Positions 1 through 8,682 of a stretch of 16,896 nt of DNA are shown in pieces (positions within the stretch are counted from its first letter, which is position 1; the number at the start of each line of letters is the position of its first letter). Both the position numbers and the translations under genes were made by a program. The notes below the pieces were generated by a model. That model had not been told where the DNA came from. It ran no database searches and saw only the letters and a program-made list of their open reading frames with translations. Source of the DNA: Candidatus Izemoplasmatales bacterium (GTDB lineage: Bacteria > Bacillota_I > Bacilli_A > Izemoplasmatales > Hujiaoplasmataceae); NCBI GenBank assembly GCA_050177605.1, contig JBFXGX010000019.1, forward strand, positions 17,671-34,566. Reading direction: 5' to 3'.

Positions 1-1082
1 TTTGGATGAGACTAGATGCGAAACGAATCGTGCACCGAGATCCATCATTTCGGTTTATTCGTAAAGAACCTTATGTGATGCTTGCAAATCATACCTTTAT
101 GTTTGATGTCGTCCATGTTCCATTAAGATTATTTAAAGTTCCTTTTATTATCGCGAGTCAAACATTATTCACAAAACAACCATCAAAATTCTTAGTTTCC
201 CAAGTCGCGCATGTGATTCCTAAATCCAAAGGTCGCAGTGACTCTCAAACGATTTTAAAAATCTTCAGTGCAGTGAAAAGAGGATATCCAATTCTTATTT
301 TCCCTGAAGGTGACACAACATTTTTTGGAGAAACAAATTATATCGAATCATCAACGATGAAACTGATTAAAAAACTCAAACTTGATGTTGTCGTTTGTAA
401 TGTCAAAGGTGGTTATCTTGGAAAACCAAGATGGGCTACTTCACCAAGAAAGCATCGACAAATAGAACTAAATTATAAAGTTGAAATTACAAAAGAAGAG
501 CTCAGCAACCTCTCTGTTGAAGAAATCAATGACCGCGTAGTCAAAGCCCTCTATCATAACGATTACGAATATCAAAAACAAAAAATGATTCCTCATCCAG
601 GAACAGAACTCGCGCATGGCATCGAAAATGCAGTGTATGTATGTCCTCACTGTGAAGCCATCAATACGATTGAGTCCATTGGAAATAAAGTACGGTGCAG
701 TGCATGTCATAAAGAAGGTAGTATCGATCAATATGGATTCATCCACGATTTTGTTTTTGATAATTTAGTTGAATGGAATCAATTCCAACGTGGTTTCTCA
801 GAAAAATTAAGACAAACTAAAGTCACTTCTACTGGAATGCTTTATCATGTAAAAATGGAAAATGATGCACAGGACCTCCTAGGTGAAGTAACACTGACGT
901 ATGACAAAGGATATTTCACAATCTCTGGAGCTACTGCATTAAAAATGCCAATTAATGAGATAACAAACCCAACAATCACCTTACGTAGAGATTTTGGTTT
1001 TGTTTATCAAGATACGCATTACCTCATTAAACTTGATCATTATGGCTTGACATTCCTACGAATTGTCCAAGATAAATACTAA
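1..1082 (+). CDS. PlsC-like (1-acyl-sn-glycerol-3-phosphate) acyltransferase with C-terminal CxxC...CxxC Zn-ribbon; probably 5'-truncated by the window edge
   Basis: Motif I NHTFMFD (HX4D), motif III ILIFPEG, later YVCPHC...VRCSAC. The frame is open to the window edge (first ATG at 6); stop TAA ends at 1082. Confidence 0.8.
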   Translation, partial: WMRLDAKRIVHRDPSFRFIRKEPYVMLANHTFMFDVVHVPLRLFKVPFIIASQTLFTKQPSKFLVSQVAHVIPKSKGRSDSQTILKIFSAVKRGYPILIFPEGDTTFFGETNYIESSTMKLIKKLKLDVVVCNVKGGYLGKPRWATSPRKHRQIELNYKVEITKEELSNLSVEEINDRVVKALYHNDYEYQKQKMIPHPGTELAHGIENAVYVCPHCEAINTIESIGNKVRCSACHKEGSIDQYGFIHDFVFDNLVEWNQFQRGFSEKLRQTKVTSTGMLYHVKMENDAQDLLGEVTLTYDKGYFTISGATALKMPINEITNPTITLRRDFGFVYQDTHYLIKLDHYGLTFLRIVQDKY

Positions 1083-1086
1083 AATA

Positions 1087-1120
1087 AAAACCCTATTCAG
1101 TATAAAATGAATAGGGTTTT
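1087..1120. terminator. Bidirectional intrinsic terminator
   Basis: AAAACCCTATTCA-gtataaaa-TGAATAGGGTTTT, a perfect 13-bp inverted repeat between convergent genes. Confidence 0.85.
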
Positions 1121-1127
1121 ATCTATT

Positions 1128-1532
1128 TTATAATAGATTATTTTTAACTCTCTCGATTAAATCTTTCACTTTCACTTCAATTAAATCTCGTGTCTGTTCA
1201 AAAGCTTCTTTTGGTTGACCTGAAGGATCATCAAGTCCCCAGTCTTCTCTCACTTTTGTTGGGATATAAGGGCAGATAACGCCACACCCCATCGTAATTA
1301 AGATATCTACTTTTGCTGGAATTTGATCAAGTAATTTACTTTTCGCAGTTGACATATCAATGCCGATATCTTCCATTACTTCCAGAGCAAGTGGCTTGGG
1401 AGCACTGTATTTTTCTGTTCCTGCAGAATATACTTCAAATAGTTCACTTCCTAAATGTCGAGCGAATCCTTCAGCCATAATCGAGCGACAACTATTGTGT
1501 GTACAAACAAATGCAACGACGTATTTTTCCAT
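1128..1532 (-). CDS. arsC: Arsenate reductase, LMW-PTPase fold
   Basis: P-loop FVCTHNSCRSIMAEG, VYSAGT, ITMGCGVICP and DWGLDDP motifs; GGAGG RBS inside the end of the upstream gene; TAATG overlap with that gene's stop. Confidence 0.88.
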   Translation of the reverse strand: MEKYVVAFVCTHNSCRSIMAEGFARHLGSELFEVYSAGTEKYSAPKPLALEVMEDIGIDMSTAKSKLLDQIPAKVDILITMGCGVICPYIPTKVREDWGLDDPSGQPKEAFEQTRDLIEVKVKDLIERVKNNLL

Positions 1533-2239
1533 TAAAGTCCTCCTAAGATATATGTAAATAAAGTTGTGCCTAGTAGTGCCCCAATCATCGGTCCGAGGAT
1601 GGGTACAAAAGCGTATTCAAAATGACTATCTCCCAGTTTTAAGAAATGATGAATAAGTCGAGGACCAAAATCTCTCGCTGGATTCATCGCAAATCCAGTC
1701 GGCCCACCAAGGGATAACCCTAAACTTGTGACCGTAAAACCAATAATAAGAGGGATGAGCCCAGAAGTTATCTGTTGAAAAGCAACACTAACGATGACAG
1801 AAGCTAATATAAATGTCGCGATTATTTCTGTAACGACATTCCATTTTCGCCGACCTATGGCTGGTGTTGTAACGAACGTAGAGAGGATACTTTCTTTGTC
1901 TTCTGTTAGGTCATAATGATTTTTATAGGCAAGATATACAAGAAGAGCTCCAGTCATTCCGCCTAACATTTCACTAACAATATACCATATCATCTTCGAA
2001 AATGATATTTTTTTAATCACAAACATCGAAAAAGCAATCGCTGGATTCAAGAATGCAAGACTAGCCGTAGAGGCAATAAAGATTCCGAGCATAACAGCAA
2101 GACCAGCGCCGATACTAACCATCCACCAGTGACTCTTTGTATTTCCTTTGGTTTTCTTTAGAAGTACATTCGCAACAATTCCATTGTTGAGAAGCACAAG
2201 TATCATGGTTCCTAAAAATTCTTGCGTGTATTCAACCAA
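1532..2239 (-). CDS. glpF: MIP-family aquaglyceroporin (GlpF-like)
   Basis: EFLGTMIL, first NPA (FLNPAIA), GGPTGFAMNPARDFGPR, VPILGPMIG. TTG at 2239 is preferred as start (GGGTGAT RBS; N-terminal length matches GlpF). ATG at 2251 and GTG at 2254 are alternatives. Confidence 0.88.
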   Translation of the reverse strand: MVEYTQEFLGTMILVLLNNGIVANVLLKKTKGNTKSHWWMVSIGAGLAVMLGIFIASTASLAFLNPAIAFSMFVIKKISFSKMIWYIVSEMLGGMTGALLVYLAYKNHYDLTEDKESILSTFVTTPAIGRRKWNVVTEIIATFILASVIVSVAFQQITSGLIPLIIGFTVTSLGLSLGGPTGFAMNPARDFGPRLIHHFLKLGDSHFEYAFVPILGPMIGALLGTTLFTYILGGL

Positions 2240-2255
2240 GTTATCACCCATCACT

Positions 2256-2285
2256 ATATTACTGAATAGAACTCGATGAAGTCAA
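2256..2285 (-). promoter_or_regulatory. Putative sigma-A promoter of the glpF-arsC pair
   Basis: Minus strand TTGACT (2285-2280), 18 bp spacer, TAATAT (2261-2256). Confidence 0.5.
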
Positions 2286-2342
2286 GCAATGTTATCTTAC
2301 CTTACACAAAGTTTACAAAACCATCGATGCAATCAAAAAAAT

Positions 2343-2371
2343 GTGACATTTTCAAACAATTAATGTATAAT
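2343..2371 (+). promoter_or_regulatory. Putative sigma-A promoter of the cyclophilin gene
   Basis: GTGACA (2343-2348), 17 bp spacer, TATAAT (2366-2371); GAGGT RBS before GTG at 2398. Confidence 0.6.
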
Positions 2372-2397
2372 ATCTTTAGAAAAAGTGAGGTAGACAT

Positions 2398-2985
2398 GTG
2401 AAAAGACTATTTTTAATGCTTCTTGTAGGAACAATCAGTTTCTCACTCATATCATGCAAAGGAGATTTAAACACTGTGAGTAAAAATAACCCAGTAGTAA
2501 CGATTACATTTGAGAATTATGATCCAATCATGATTGAATTATATCCTGATGTAGCACCCAATACCGTAAACAACTTTATTTATTTAGTATCCCAAGGCTA
2601 TTATGATGGACTTACTTTCCATCGTATTATTGAGGGCTTCATGATTCAAGGTGGAGCAGGTTCGACTCTTTCTTGTAAAATTGCAGGCGAGTTTTCTTCC
2701 AATGGAATTACAAATGACCTAAGCCATACACGAGGAGTCATCTCGATGGCAAGAACGACCGATAAGAATTCAGCTACCAGCCAATTCTTTATCGTTCATG
2801 CCGATAGTACTTACCTTGATGGAAATTACGCAGCATTTGGCATGATGATCAGCGGTTTTGAAACACTCGATGCTCTTGCTAGTGTTGATACTGATTATAG
2901 TGATCGTCCATTAACGACAATCACAATGAAAACTGTCACTGTCGATACGAGAGGCGAAACCTATCCAGATCCTACTTGTTATTAA
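2398..2985 (+). CDS. Cyclophilin-type peptidyl-prolyl cis-trans isomerase, lipoprotein
   Basis: Signal peptide with lipobox LISC; APNTVNNF, YYDGLTFHRIIEGFMIQGG, GVISMAR, SATSQFFI and YLDGNYAAFG motifs. Confidence 0.93.
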   Translation: MKRLFLMLLVGTISFSLISCKGDLNTVSKNNPVVTITFENYDPIMIELYPDVAPNTVNNFIYLVSQGYYDGLTFHRIIEGFMIQGGAGSTLSCKIAGEFSSNGITNDLSHTRGVISMARTTDKNSATSQFFIVHADSTYLDGNYAAFGMMISGFETLDALASVDTDYSDRPLTTITMKTVTVDTRGETYPDPTCY

Positions 2986-2992
2986 AATCCTT

Positions 2993-3028
2993 AAAAAAGA
3001 ATGTCACACGATTTGTGTGACATTTTCT
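2993..3028. terminator. Bidirectional intrinsic terminator
   Basis: AATGTCACAC-gattt-GTGTGACATT flanked by A- and T-runs, between the convergent cyclophilin and nox genes. Confidence 0.82.
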
Positions 3029-4366
3029 TTATTTAACATCAAGAGCCGCTAATGCAGCTAAATTAAGTAAATTCCATGGTTTATTGAAATGAGGTTGGAA
3101 GAAGAAATCAACGACAGCTAATTCTTCTACTGTCATCTTATTTTGAATACATACACTTAAAGTATTCATATGTTGTGTTGTATCTGCATTTGATAAGATT
3201 TGACCACCAAGTAACTTTCTTGAGTCCTTATCAAAAACGACTTTTAACATAACACTTTCATACTCAGGCATAAAGGTTGGACGATTGGTATCTTGAATAA
3301 GTACACTACCATAATTGATATTTCTTTCTTTTGCGACCCCTTCAGTGAGTCCTGTTGAAGCGATATTATGTTCGTAGATCTTAATTCCTGAAGTTCCTTG
3401 GGTGCCAAGACTCTTCATTGTTGGTTTCATTAAGTTTCTTGCGACAAGCGTCCCCATACGAACTGCATTGGTTGCTAAAGGAATGTATCTAGTTTCCCCT
3501 GTTGGATTATACATCACTGTTGCACTATCGCCACAAGCAAAAACATCTTTTCTGCTAGTTTGCATATATTCATCAACGACAATCGCACCGAAAGGTGTCA
3601 TTTCAACGCCGGCTTCAAATAATTTCGTATTTGGTCTAAAGCCAATACACATAATCACTAAATCTGTTTGATAGGCAGACTTATTCGTATGTACTTTCAC
3701 AACTTTGCCATTTTCGGTTTCAAAATGATCGACTTTTTCACCTAAAGCTAACTTGATTCCATGATCTGTAAATGCCTTTTCAGCAATACTTGTAAATTCT
3801 GGGTCTAAATACTTAGGCATAATTCTTTCTTCTGCATCGATTAATACAACTTCTTTTCCTTGCATTTCAAAAGCTTCCGCCAGTTCAACACCGATATAGC
3901 CGGCGCCGACAACGGTGATTTTTTGAACATCTTTTGTTTTTTCGATGATTTCATTTGCTTGAAAGAAATTTTTCGATAACAATACATTTTCTGATTCAAT
4001 TCCAGGAATGCGAGGAATAATTGGCCAAGAACCCGATGCAATCACTAGTTTGTCATAGTGATCACTCAATAACTCACCTGTCGATAAATCTTTGACAGTG
4101 ACTTGTTTTCCTTCGAAATCGACTTTGACAACTTCATGAAGCATTTTGGTATTGACACCAAGAGAAGCTAGTTCACTTGGCGAACTATAAAATAGTCCAT
4201 TGACATCCTTAATCACACCACCAACATATAATGCAATTCCACAAGATAAGAAACTTACATTATCATTTCTTTCATACACTGTAACCTCTACTTCAGGATA
4301 GATTGTTTTAATATTTTTGACTGCTGCAGTACCCGCATGAGTACAACCAATAACGATTACTTTCAT
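3029..4366 (-). CDS. nox: H2O-forming NADH oxidase (FAD-dependent, single redox Cys)
   Basis: Start MKVIVIGCTHAGT at 4366 with GGAGGT RBS; VSFLSCGIAL (redox Cys42 motif), VVGAGYIGVELAEA, YIPLATNAVRMG, DFFFQPHFNKPW. 445 aa. Confidence 0.92.
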   Translation of the reverse strand: MKVIVIGCTHAGTAAVKNIKTIYPEVEVTVYERNDNVSFLSCGIALYVGGVIKDVNGLFYSSPSELASLGVNTKMLHEVVKVDFEGKQVTVKDLSTGELLSDHYDKLVIASGSWPIIPRIPGIESENVLLSKNFFQANEIIEKTKDVQKITVVGAGYIGVELAEAFEMQGKEVVLIDAEERIMPKYLDPEFTSIAEKAFTDHGIKLALGEKVDHFETENGKVVKVHTNKSAYQTDLVIMCIGFRPNTKLFEAGVEMTPFGAIVVDEYMQTSRKDVFACGDSATVMYNPTGETRYIPLATNAVRMGTLVARNLMKPTMKSLGTQGTSGIKIYEHNIASTGLTEGVAKERNINYGSVLIQDTNRPTFMPEYESVMLKVVFDKDSRKLLGGQILSNADTTQHMNTLSVCIQNKMTVEELAVVDFFFQPHFNKPWNLLNLAALAALDVK

Positions 4367-4482
4367 TTCACTACCTCCGTACAAGATAATTATATAATAT
4401 TTGTGAAAAAACAAAAAATGATATGATAAATTAATCGCTTTCATCGTCTTCCAATAATATTCAACTAAATTTAGTGAAAACC

Positions 4483-4511
4483 TTGTTATCTTGGTTTCGT
4501 TTTGATAGAAT
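4483..4511 (+). promoter_or_regulatory. Putative extended -10 sigma-A promoter of the HD-GYP gene
   Basis: TTGTTA (4483-4488), 17 bp spacer, TAGAAT (4506-4511) preceded by TG-n; GGGGA RBS before ATG at 4544. Confidence 0.55.
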
Positions 4512-4543
4512 GAAATTAATAAACTAAACGATGGGGGAATAGA

Positions 4544-6523
4544 ATGGATTTTTTGATTGAGATTGTTTCAAATATACTTTTTTTATTCGGTATCATTGCG
4601 ATGATTAGTCTTTTTGATTTTTCAACAAAACCGAAGCGTCCTTGGTTATCTACGCTTCTGATTGGTCTAGGTGTCGGTCTCATTACGATTATTCTTATGC
4701 TTACTGGATTCACGACATCAACTGGTGCGCATTATGATATTCGCTCCATTTTCATTAGCGTTACGACTCTTTATTTCTCACCAATTTCTGTTTTGATTGC
4801 GGTTGTGATGTCTTCATTATATCGAATCTATATGGGTGGCATCGGAACGATGGCAGGAGTTAGCACCCTCGTTTTGTCCTATTTAATCGGACTTGCATGG
4901 AGAAAATATAAACGACCATCTAAACGTGTTCATCCCCATTTTGAATACTATCTCTTTGGTTTGATCATTCAAATCGCAATGCTTCTTTCTCAGCTATGGA
5001 TACCTTACCCAACAAACATTGAAATTATCTCTTCCATTTTTCTTCCTGTAATGATAATCTACCCAATCATCACTGTATTTTTATCAATGGCCTTTATGAA
5101 CTATAAAAAAAGGATTTTATCAATGGAAATTCTACGTGAATTTGAACTCAAGTATCGAACACTCATTGATTCTGCTCATATTGGTGTGATTGAGTATGAT
5201 TTGACGGGAAAGATCCTAGTTGCGAACAAAGCTTTTTATACTATCCTTAACGCAACCCCTGAAGACTTATTTCTTTTCGATATGCATCGTCTACCCAATA
5301 AAGAACTAATCGATTTAGTCGACCGTTCTTTACAAGGAGAAATAACCATCTATGAAAACCATTATACTTGCTACTTCTCTAACAAAACGTTCCCTGCAAG
5401 AATCCAGTTTACACCAATCTATATCCACGGAAGAGTTCAAGGAGGATTTGGAATTGTGGAAGACTTAACCTTCCAGTACTCGATGACAGAACAAATCGTC
5501 AAGTTAAGTGAACGGGATATCCTTACAACCTTATATAACCGAATCACTTTTGACAATGATGTTCTTAACAGTGTACCCGTCTCTAATTTTCCGATTGCTT
5601 TCATTACTGCGGACATCAATTCACTCAATGTCATCAATGCTTCGTTTGGATATGAAGAAGGAAATCGCGTTATCCAGAAAGTCGCAGCTATTTTATTACA
5701 AACCAAAGAAGTTCTTCATAATAATATCTACCGCATCGGTGGAGACCAGTTTGCACTTCTGATTCCTGATTTTCCGGAAGAAGAGACCATTCATTTGATC
5801 GAACAAATTAAAAAACAAATCGCACTCATCAAGGTGGCAGATATCTCCATTAGTATTAGTTTTGGCTATGACATCATCCTTAGCCCAGCTCAGTCCTATC
5901 AAGCATCCTTTGAAATCGCAATGAATCATCTACACGAAAATAAAATCTATGATAATTCTAGTTACTCAGCCAAAACAGTCGATATGATTATCTCTGCCTT
6001 GTTCGCGAAAAGCAAACGAGAAAAACTTCATAGTGACCGTGTTAGTGAGATTGCTTATTTAATCGCCAAAGAATTTCATCTTGGCACTTCTTTTGAAAAC
6101 CGTGTTCGTGTAGCTGGAGTCCTTCATGATATAGGAAAAATCACCATCTCAGAGGAAATACTCAATAAACCAAACGATTTAACGAAAGAAGAAAGACTAA
6201 AAATTAACAAACATTCTGAAGCTGGATTTAAAATTTTATCTTCTGTTCCTGAATATTATGAACTTGCGACAATCATCCTCTTCCATCACGAACGTTATGA
6301 TGGAAAAGGATACCCAAGAAAGATTAGTGGTCATACCATTCCTCTCGCCTCTAGAATTATCTCTGTTGCGGATTCATTTGATGCGATGACCCAGTCGAGA
6401 CCGTACCGAAAAGCCTTAACCAAACAAGAAGCAATCGATGAAATTAATCGTTGTTCTAACCTACAGTTTGATCCTGAAGTCGTTGATAAATTTATTCTTT
6501 TGTATGATCAAGGATTACTATAA
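4544..6523 (+). CDS. Membrane-bound c-di-GMP signalling protein: 5TM LytS-type sensor, PAS, GGDEF-like and HD-GYP domains
   Basis: Hydrophobic N-terminus with YDIRSI and YRIYMGGIG (5TM-5TMR_LYT-like); PAS-like YRTLIDSAHIGV...ILVANKAF; DILTTLYNR, DINSLNVINASFGYEEGN and YRIGGDQF; HD-GYP motifs LHDIGK, HHERYDGKGYP and VADSFDAM. Confidence 0.9.
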   Translation: MDFLIEIVSNILFLFGIIAMISLFDFSTKPKRPWLSTLLIGLGVGLITIILMLTGFTTSTGAHYDIRSIFISVTTLYFSPISVLIAVVMSSLYRIYMGGIGTMAGVSTLVLSYLIGLAWRKYKRPSKRVHPHFEYYLFGLIIQIAMLLSQLWIPYPTNIEIISSIFLPVMIIYPIITVFLSMAFMNYKKRILSMEILREFELKYRTLIDSAHIGVIEYDLTGKILVANKAFYTILNATPEDLFLFDMHRLPNKELIDLVDRSLQGEITIYENHYTCYFSNKTFPARIQFTPIYIHGRVQGGFGIVEDLTFQYSMTEQIVKLSERDILTTLYNRITFDNDVLNSVPVSNFPIAFITADINSLNVINASFGYEEGNRVIQKVAAILLQTKEVLHNNIYRIGGDQFALLIPDFPEEETIHLIEQIKKQIALIKVADISISISFGYDIILSPAQSYQASFEIAMNHLHENKIYDNSSYSAKTVDMIISALFAKSKREKLHSDRVSEIAYLIAKEFHLGTSFENRVRVAGVLHDIGKITISEEILNKPNDLTKEERLKINKHSEAGFKILSSVPEYYELATIILFHHERYDGKGYPRKISGHTIPLASRIISVADSFDAMTQSRPYRKALTKQEAIDEINRCSNLQFDPEVVDKFILLYDQGLL

Positions 6524-6531
6524 AGTCAAAA

Positions 6532-6556
6532 AAAAACACCTTTCAAAGGTGTTTTT
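6532..6556. terminator. Bidirectional intrinsic terminator
   Basis: AAAAACACCT-ttcaa-AGGTGTTTTT between convergent genes. Confidence 0.85.
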
Positions 6557-6559
6557 AAT

Positions 6560-6659
6560 TTAAGCTGGAAGATTGTTAGGATTGGTTGTGACTGCAGATA
6601 TGATATCATTCATTGCAGTTTCAAGAGACTGAATCGTTGTGATTTGAGCTTCTGTCAAA
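6560..6659. repeat. Direct repeat copy 1 (3' end of paralog A); partner at 8583-8682
   Basis: 96 of 100 nt identical by manual alignment, including a 66-bp exact match (6590-6655 = 8613-8678). Confidence 0.93.
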
Positions 6660-8443
6660 TTCGAGGAATCAAATGTCGCCACTTCACTTACGAGTAAAAG
6701 GAAATCGTCAAAGGCAGCAGCTGCATTCTCTTGTATTTGTGTAACATTAACTGTTCCAAACTCGACATTTAGGGTATCAACCCAGTAGAAATAAACTATA
6801 AAATCAAGGATAGCATCCATATCTAACTCTGAATCAACAAGGATTGAATCAATCAAGACACAAGCTTGTATTACGAGTTCTTCTTCTGATACTGAATAGT
6901 CACTAGCAGAAGCAATCAATGCATAGATTTGAACTTTTTCTACATAAGTAAGCGAATCTAAGAATGATAGAACGTTATTATTAATCTCTCTGGAAGTGCT
7001 AAATAGATAATCTATTTGAGATTCTAACAAATCTTTTAAAGCGACTTCCTCCACTGGATCGTCAATATAAAAACCAATCAGGATGGAGGCAACATCATAG
7101 GATATATCTTTCATGTTATTGAATTCTTCTTCACTAATTGCATTATTTAAAATCATTGCAATTTCTAAATAAGATTCGAATGCTTGAAGCATCGTTTCTT
7201 CATTGGTTTCCATTTGCTCAGTTAACATTGAAAAGATGAAATTCACAGTGTCCTCACTAACATTACTTAATAATCCATCAAGTTCTCCATAAATCGTCGC
7301 AATAAGCATCACAAACTTCGCTTGGCTAGATGGTTCGCTGATGTAGTCACTGAAAAAACCGTATAATTGAATATCTTTGATTTCTTGTTCTATCATAACA
7401 ATTGCATTATTATTATCGAAAACCTCACTTTCTTTGATTAAAAGATTCCAGATTATGTTTTCGTATTGATTATGTTTACTTTCAATTTCAGTTATAACAT
7501 ATTGCCCATCTCCATCGATGATTCCACTTAAAGCAGAGATACAATCAGGAATTGTTACATATTTAGCGATTAAATAATCATCATAAATATCCATCACGTC
7601 TGTATAGAAGCCTTCGGTTCCATCCACATATGATAATTCAGTTTGATAATCAGTTAGTTTTTGAGGTTCATTTGTTTCATAATAGCTTTTTAAAAGATTT
7701 TGAAGTGAATTTAACAGGGAATAATCCAAAATGTAATCATAAGTGAAATAAATCTCATCAATCCGATCATAATAATCAGTTATTAAATGATCATAATCAT
7801 AGAGTGCATTATAATAAGTTTGGGCTTCTGTATTATGCGATGGAAGTTGACTAATATAAGTAGAAAAATTATTTTCAAAATTAGATTTGTCCTCTAATAA
7901 AGATGTGATATCTTCTTGTAGCAGAACATTTTCCGCATTTATTTCATCGATTCTGGATGTATAACTTGCAGTATCGAATTGAGATGCCGTGTAATCATAC
8001 AAATTAATGAGCACTGCGACCATCGTTTCACTTACATAACTCTCATTAAATCCTGCTAGTTTAAAGTTGTTCCACCATTCTTGTAAATCTGCTAGCGACT
8101 CGATCTCTATAAGTTCCGTAAATGAGTCTTCAAGACTTACTAATAGCTTGTAGACTTCTTCCTCTGTATCAAACCCTGAAATCGAGAATATCATTGCTCC
8201 AACTTCTTCTAATACTTCACTATTAGATTCACCTGTCATCACACTAAGTAAATCCAAATAATCTTGATGTCTGTACGGGTCATATTGTGTAGTCACAAAT
8301 ATATTACTCCAAATGGTTGTAGTCGTTGTAGCTGATTCTAATTCAGTTGTAACGGTCGTTTGATTGTTATTAAACAAATCACATCCGATAAGTAATAATG
8401 ATAATATACTGCTTAACATAAAAACACTAATTTTTCTTTTCAT
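6560..8443 (-). CDS. Large acidic lipoprotein of unknown function (paralog A, 627 aa)
   Basis: MKRKISVFMLSSILSLLLIGC lipobox, Thr-rich linker, acidic helical or coiled-coil body; GGAGG RBS. Confidence 0.85.
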   Translation of the reverse strand: MKRKISVFMLSSILSLLLIGCDLFNNNQTTVTTELESATTTTTIWSNIFVTTQYDPYRHQDYLDLLSVMTGESNSEVLEEVGAMIFSISGFDTEEEVYKLLVSLEDSFTELIEIESLADLQEWWNNFKLAGFNESYVSETMVAVLINLYDYTASQFDTASYTSRIDEINAENVLLQEDITSLLEDKSNFENNFSTYISQLPSHNTEAQTYYNALYDYDHLITDYYDRIDEIYFTYDYILDYSLLNSLQNLLKSYYETNEPQKLTDYQTELSYVDGTEGFYTDVMDIYDDYLIAKYVTIPDCISALSGIIDGDGQYVITEIESKHNQYENIIWNLLIKESEVFDNNNAIVMIEQEIKDIQLYGFFSDYISEPSSQAKFVMLIATIYGELDGLLSNVSEDTVNFIFSMLTEQMETNEETMLQAFESYLEIAMILNNAISEEEFNNMKDISYDVASILIGFYIDDPVEEVALKDLLESQIDYLFSTSREINNNVLSFLDSLTYVEKVQIYALIASASDYSVSEEELVIQACVLIDSILVDSELDMDAILDFIVYFYWVDTLNVEFGTVNVTQIQENAAAAFDDFLLLVSEVATFDSSNLTEAQITTIQSLETAMNDIISAVTTNPNNLPA

Positions 8444-8475
8444 TATGGTCCTCCGTCAAATATATAATTAAGTTC

Positions 8476-8488
8476 ATTATAACATATT
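8476..8488 (-). promoter_or_regulatory. Extended -10 promoter element of lipoprotein A
   Basis: Minus strand AATATGTTATAAT (TG-n-TATAAT) about 33 nt upstream of the ATG. Confidence 0.55.
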
Positions 8489-8549
8489 CAATAAAATATT
8501 ATCTATAAATATTTCTTTTTGTTATTTATTTAATATGATACAGGTAAAA

Positions 8550-8575
8550 TAAAAAGGCACCTAAGAAAGGTGCCT
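8550..8575 (-). terminator. Intrinsic terminator of lipoprotein B
   Basis: AGGCACCT-ttctt-AGGTGCCT followed by a T-rich tail on the minus strand. Confidence 0.82.
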
Positions 8576-8582
8576 AATCAAT

Positions 8583-8682
8583 TTAAACTGGAAGATTGTT
8601 TGGATTGGTTGAGACTGCAGATATGATATCATTCATTGCAGTTTCAAGAGACTGAATCGTTGTGATTTGAGCTTCTGTTAAA
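8583..8682. repeat. Direct repeat copy 2 (3' end of paralog B); partner at 6560-6659
   Basis: Same alignment as copy 1; offset 2023 bp. Confidence 0.93.

Noticed and set aside
2342..3027. 12-bp direct repeat TGTGACATTTTC flanking the cyclophilin gene (2342-2353 and 3016-3027)
   Set aside because: One copy is the -35 region and the other a terminator arm; there is no mobility gene, so coincidence is likely.
4401..4418. Possible Rex operator upstream of nox (TTGTGAA...)
   Set aside because: Only one half-site matches TTGTGAA-N4-TTCACAA; the other arm (CAAAAAA) is poor.
4367..4444. N-terminal extension of nox given by the ORF track; likewise 12063-12200 for panE and 13669-13782 for the FAD dehydrogenase
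   Set aside because: Downstream starts have better RBSs and match family N-termini; the extensions run through promoters or neighbouring genes.
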